Assembly: GCF_037143375.1 (NCBI RefSeq)
Contig: NZ_JBAWYV010000002.1
Coordinates: forward strand, 15,064-79,063
DNA: 64,000 nt
Source of the DNA: Rhodoferax sp.
GTDB taxonomy: Bacteria > Pseudomonadota > Gammaproteobacteria > Burkholderiales > Burkholderiaceae_C
Direction of reading: 5' to 3'
The stretch's first letter is position 1; the number at the start of each line of letters is the position of its first letter. A program made the position numbers and the translations under genes. The notes beneath the pieces were generated by a model. The model ran no database searches. It saw only the letters and a list, made by a program, of their open reading frames with translations, and was not told the origin of the DNA. This document shows positions 61,689 through 64,000 of the stretch, piece by piece.

Positions 61689-61772
61689 ATGACTGGCTTA
61701 TAGCGGGTTGATCCAACACCGTAAGCTAACCCACTGGATTTCAAGCGACTCGCTTGATCAGAATTCAGTGGT

Positions 61773-62357
61773 TTACATGTTCTTGGCAAATGGCATTCTG
61801 GCGGCATGGACATGGTCCCTGCGCATGACGTGATGCCACATATCGATCAGAAAATCCAGGGCAACAAAACTCAGCAACAGCATGGCACCCCATTCTTGCC
61901 ATTGCTGCAAGGTATAGGCCAAATCCGGATTCGGGGCGACCAGTTGGGGCATGGGCAGAAAGTGAAACATCCACACGATGTGGCCCTGCGCATTGTTCAC
62001 TATCCAGTCCAACAGGGGCATGGCAAGCAAGATGGTGAAGAACGCTGAATGACAAACCAATGCCACCAACTTCAGATTCGGGGTGGCGGATTCATCAGTA
62101 TTTTTAGGGGGATGAAGACGGCATGCGATCAGTCGGACGCTCCAAAGCAGTACCACGACCAAGACCAGATGATGATGGTGTCCGAACATGGAGACTCGAA
62201 GGTCGAACTCTTCAAAGAAAACCGGATCTATATAGTCCCGCAGCCAGGTCGCACTTAAAGTGAAGCCAATGGCCAGAGCTGAAATCCAGTGCGCCAAGAT
62301 GGCTGGCAAAGACATTTGCTCAATGACCGGCGGGTAGGCACGTGTAGATTGAGTCAT
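61773..62357 (-). CDS. cytochrome b561-like membrane protein
   Basis: 194-aa ORF with four hydrophobic helices. Conserved-looking His residues (LAHWISAL, FGHHHH, CHSAFF, MWHHV) fit the CybB-type bis-haem pattern. Confidence 0.5.
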   Translation of the reverse strand: MTQSTRAYPPVIEQMSLPAILAHWISALAIGFTLSATWLRDYIDPVFFEEFDLRVSMFGHHHHLVLVVVLLWSVRLIACRLHPPKNTDESATPNLKLVALVCHSAFFTILLAMPLLDWIVNNAQGHIVWMFHFLPMPQLVAPNPDLAYTLQQWQEWGAMLLLSFVALDFLIDMWHHVMRRDHVHAARMPFAKNM

Positions 62358-62521
62358 GATAAGTTGAGTTCGTAAATTGCAGGTCTTTAAAACTTGGTGA
62401 TTTCATTTTTTAAATTGAACCTCACAATGGCTTTAAGTTTGCATCAACCAATTCAATATTTAAATATCGGATTCGCCATATTTTGTTGTACCGTTTTTAC
62501 GGTACTAACATCATTGTTGCC

Positions 62522-63790
62522 TTAATTAACGCCCAAGTACGCCAACACGCCTTCGCCTGCTTTTTTGCCGCTGGCAAAGCTGGCGGTCATCAGGTAGCCG
62601 CCAGTGGGTGCTTCCCAATCCAGCATCTCGCCGGCGCAAAACACGCCGGGCAATTGCTCCAGCATCAGGTTGGCGTCAACCGCCTCGAACAACACACCGC
62701 CCGCCGTGCTGATGGCTTCGTCGATCGGACGTGCCGCCACCAGCGTAATGGGCAATGACTTGATGGCGGTTGCCAGTTGCATCGGATCGTTCATTTGCTC
62801 TTTGGTCAGTAACTCGTGCAGCATGGCGGCCTTGATGCCTTCAAGGTTCATGCGGCTTTTCAGGTGGCTCGACAAGGAGCGAGATCCGCGCGGGTGGCGC
62901 ACCTCAGACAGTACTTTTTCAGCCGACATGTCGGGCAATAAATCCAGGTTAAAGGTAGCTTGACCATTGCGAATGATTTCGTCGCGCAGCAGGCTGGAAG
63001 CTGCATAAATCAGGCTGCCTTCTACACCTGTTGCGGTGGCGACAAACTCACCTTTTCGTTGAAAACTAACGCCCAGTGACGTAGTGAAGTGGATCGCCAC
63101 TGACTTGAACGGCTGACCAGCAAAGCGACTTGAAAAGTGATCGCTCCAGCCGTTCTGGGCATCAAAACCACAATTACTCGGTAGCAGCGGCGCCACCGCC
63201 ACACCTCGCGCTTGCAACCAAGGCACCCAGGCGCCATTGGAGCCCAAGCGAGCCCAACTGCCGCCACCCAAGGCGAGCACCACAGCATCGGCATGCACCT
63301 GCACCGGGCCATTCGGGGTGTCGAAATTCAACTGCGTGCCCTCAACGGTGTCTGCGCTCCAACCGGTCCAGCGGTGGCGCATGTGAAACTGCACATCGAC
63401 TCCGACAGGCGCGTGACGCAGGCGGTGCAACCAGGCCCGCAGCAGGGGCGCCGCTTTCATGTCCGCCGGAAACACGCGGCCTGAGGTGCCGACAAAGGTG
63501 TCCACACCGAGCGCCAGCGCCCATTCGCGAACCTGGCCGCCGTCAAAACCTTGCAGCAGGGTCTCGATCTGCTGGCGACGAGCGCCGTAGCGAGAGGCAA
63601 AAATATCGACCGGCTCGGAGTGCGTCAGGTTCAGTCCGCCCTTGCCTGCCAGCAAAAACTTGCGCCCGACCGAGGGTGATGAGTCATAGACATGCACTTC
63701 AACACCCGAGCGGGACAACACATCGGCAGCCATCAAACCTGCAGGACCACCACCGACCACAATCACTTTTTTCATCGAATCACTTTTCAT
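62522..63790 (-). CDS. HI0933/BaiN-like FAD-dependent flavoprotein
   Basis: 422-aa ORF with an alternative ATG at 63775 (MKKVIVVGGGPAGLMAAD). Dinucleotide-binding GGGPAG, GRKFLLAGKGGLNLTH, and C-terminal CAGEMLDWEAPTGGY. Confidence 0.8.
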   Translation of the reverse strand: MKSDSMKKVIVVGGGPAGLMAADVLSRSGVEVHVYDSSPSVGRKFLLAGKGGLNLTHSEPVDIFASRYGARRQQIETLLQGFDGGQVREWALALGVDTFVGTSGRVFPADMKAAPLLRAWLHRLRHAPVGVDVQFHMRHRWTGWSADTVEGTQLNFDTPNGPVQVHADAVVLALGGGSWARLGSNGAWVPWLQARGVAVAPLLPSNCGFDAQNGWSDHFSSRFAGQPFKSVAIHFTTSLGVSFQRKGEFVATATGVEGSLIYAASSLLRDEIIRNGQATFNLDLLPDMSAEKVLSEVRHPRGSRSLSSHLKSRMNLEGIKAAMLHELLTKEQMNDPMQLATAIKSLPITLVAARPIDEAISTAGGVLFEAVDANLMLEQLPGVFCAGEMLDWEAPTGGYLMTASFASGKKAGEGVLAYLGVN

Positions 63791-64000
63791 TGTTAATTTC
63801 TACAACTTGCCGTTGCAGGGGTTGTAAATGTAGCTTGCCCAGTACCGTCAAGACCAACTCGCAAGGGTAGATGGATTGCCTCCTGCCTTGTGGACACGCA
63901 CAAATGACCAGCGCCGACTCACGCTGGTGAGCAGGCGCGGTTGCGCAGTAGTGGGTCTACAGGTCGCCATCGGTGAAAATGACTGAATCGCCACAGTCGA

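Noticed and set aside
63957-64000. Possible C-terminal end of a minus-strand gene entering from the right edge (...DCGDSVIFTDGDL-stop).
   Set aside because: Only 13 codons are visible, which is not enough to support a call.

Overview
This is a GC-rich bacterial chromosome segment. Gene content and protein sequences suggest a betaproteobacterium of the Burkholderiales/Comamonadaceae type, but that is inference with no database search. All function calls rest on motifs I could read in the supplied translations. Several start codons were re-picked by hand, and repeat boundaries are accurate to a few nt.

The window has two parts.

(i) About 1-31 kb looks accessory. It holds a minus-strand Wzx/OPX-type exopolysaccharide (EPS) cluster: a priming sugar transferase, four clear glycosyltransferases plus one putative, an O-acetyltransferase, a flippase, a Wza-like lipoprotein and a secreted clan GH-A-like hydrolase. 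The cluster is interleaved with a dense signalling set:
- three hybrid histidine kinases, a CheY, an Hpt, an orphan OmpR-type regulator, a YcgR-like PilZ protein and one STAS protein;
- two paralogous REC-PP2C proteins, each translationally coupled to a hybrid kinase. One ends in an RsbW-type serine kinase (the HsbR architecture), the other in a GGDEF diguanylate cyclase.
A class III cyclase-FHA gene closes this part.

(ii) About 31-64 kb is core housekeeping: tadA fused to a degenerate haloalkane-dehalogenase-like domain, ldcA, paiB, guaA, guaB, rnfH/ratA/smpB, an ECF sigma module, typA, rimP-nusA-infB-rbfA-truB, yejABEF, fabI, an Orn/Lys/Arg decarboxylase, nfeD/SPFH, a cytochrome b561-like protein and a flavoprotein.

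I saw no rRNA, tRNA, tmRNA, CRISPR, transposase, integrase or phage genes.

Two things stand out:
- A dispersed 45-50 bp palindromic repeat with an invariant ACGGGGGCTA core occurs 8 times. Six copies sit in frame inside or at the end of intact genes (ldcA, paiB, an enoyl-CoA hydratase, truB, infB, yejF).
- A split partner-switching / c-di-GMP circuit is wrapped around the EPS locus.
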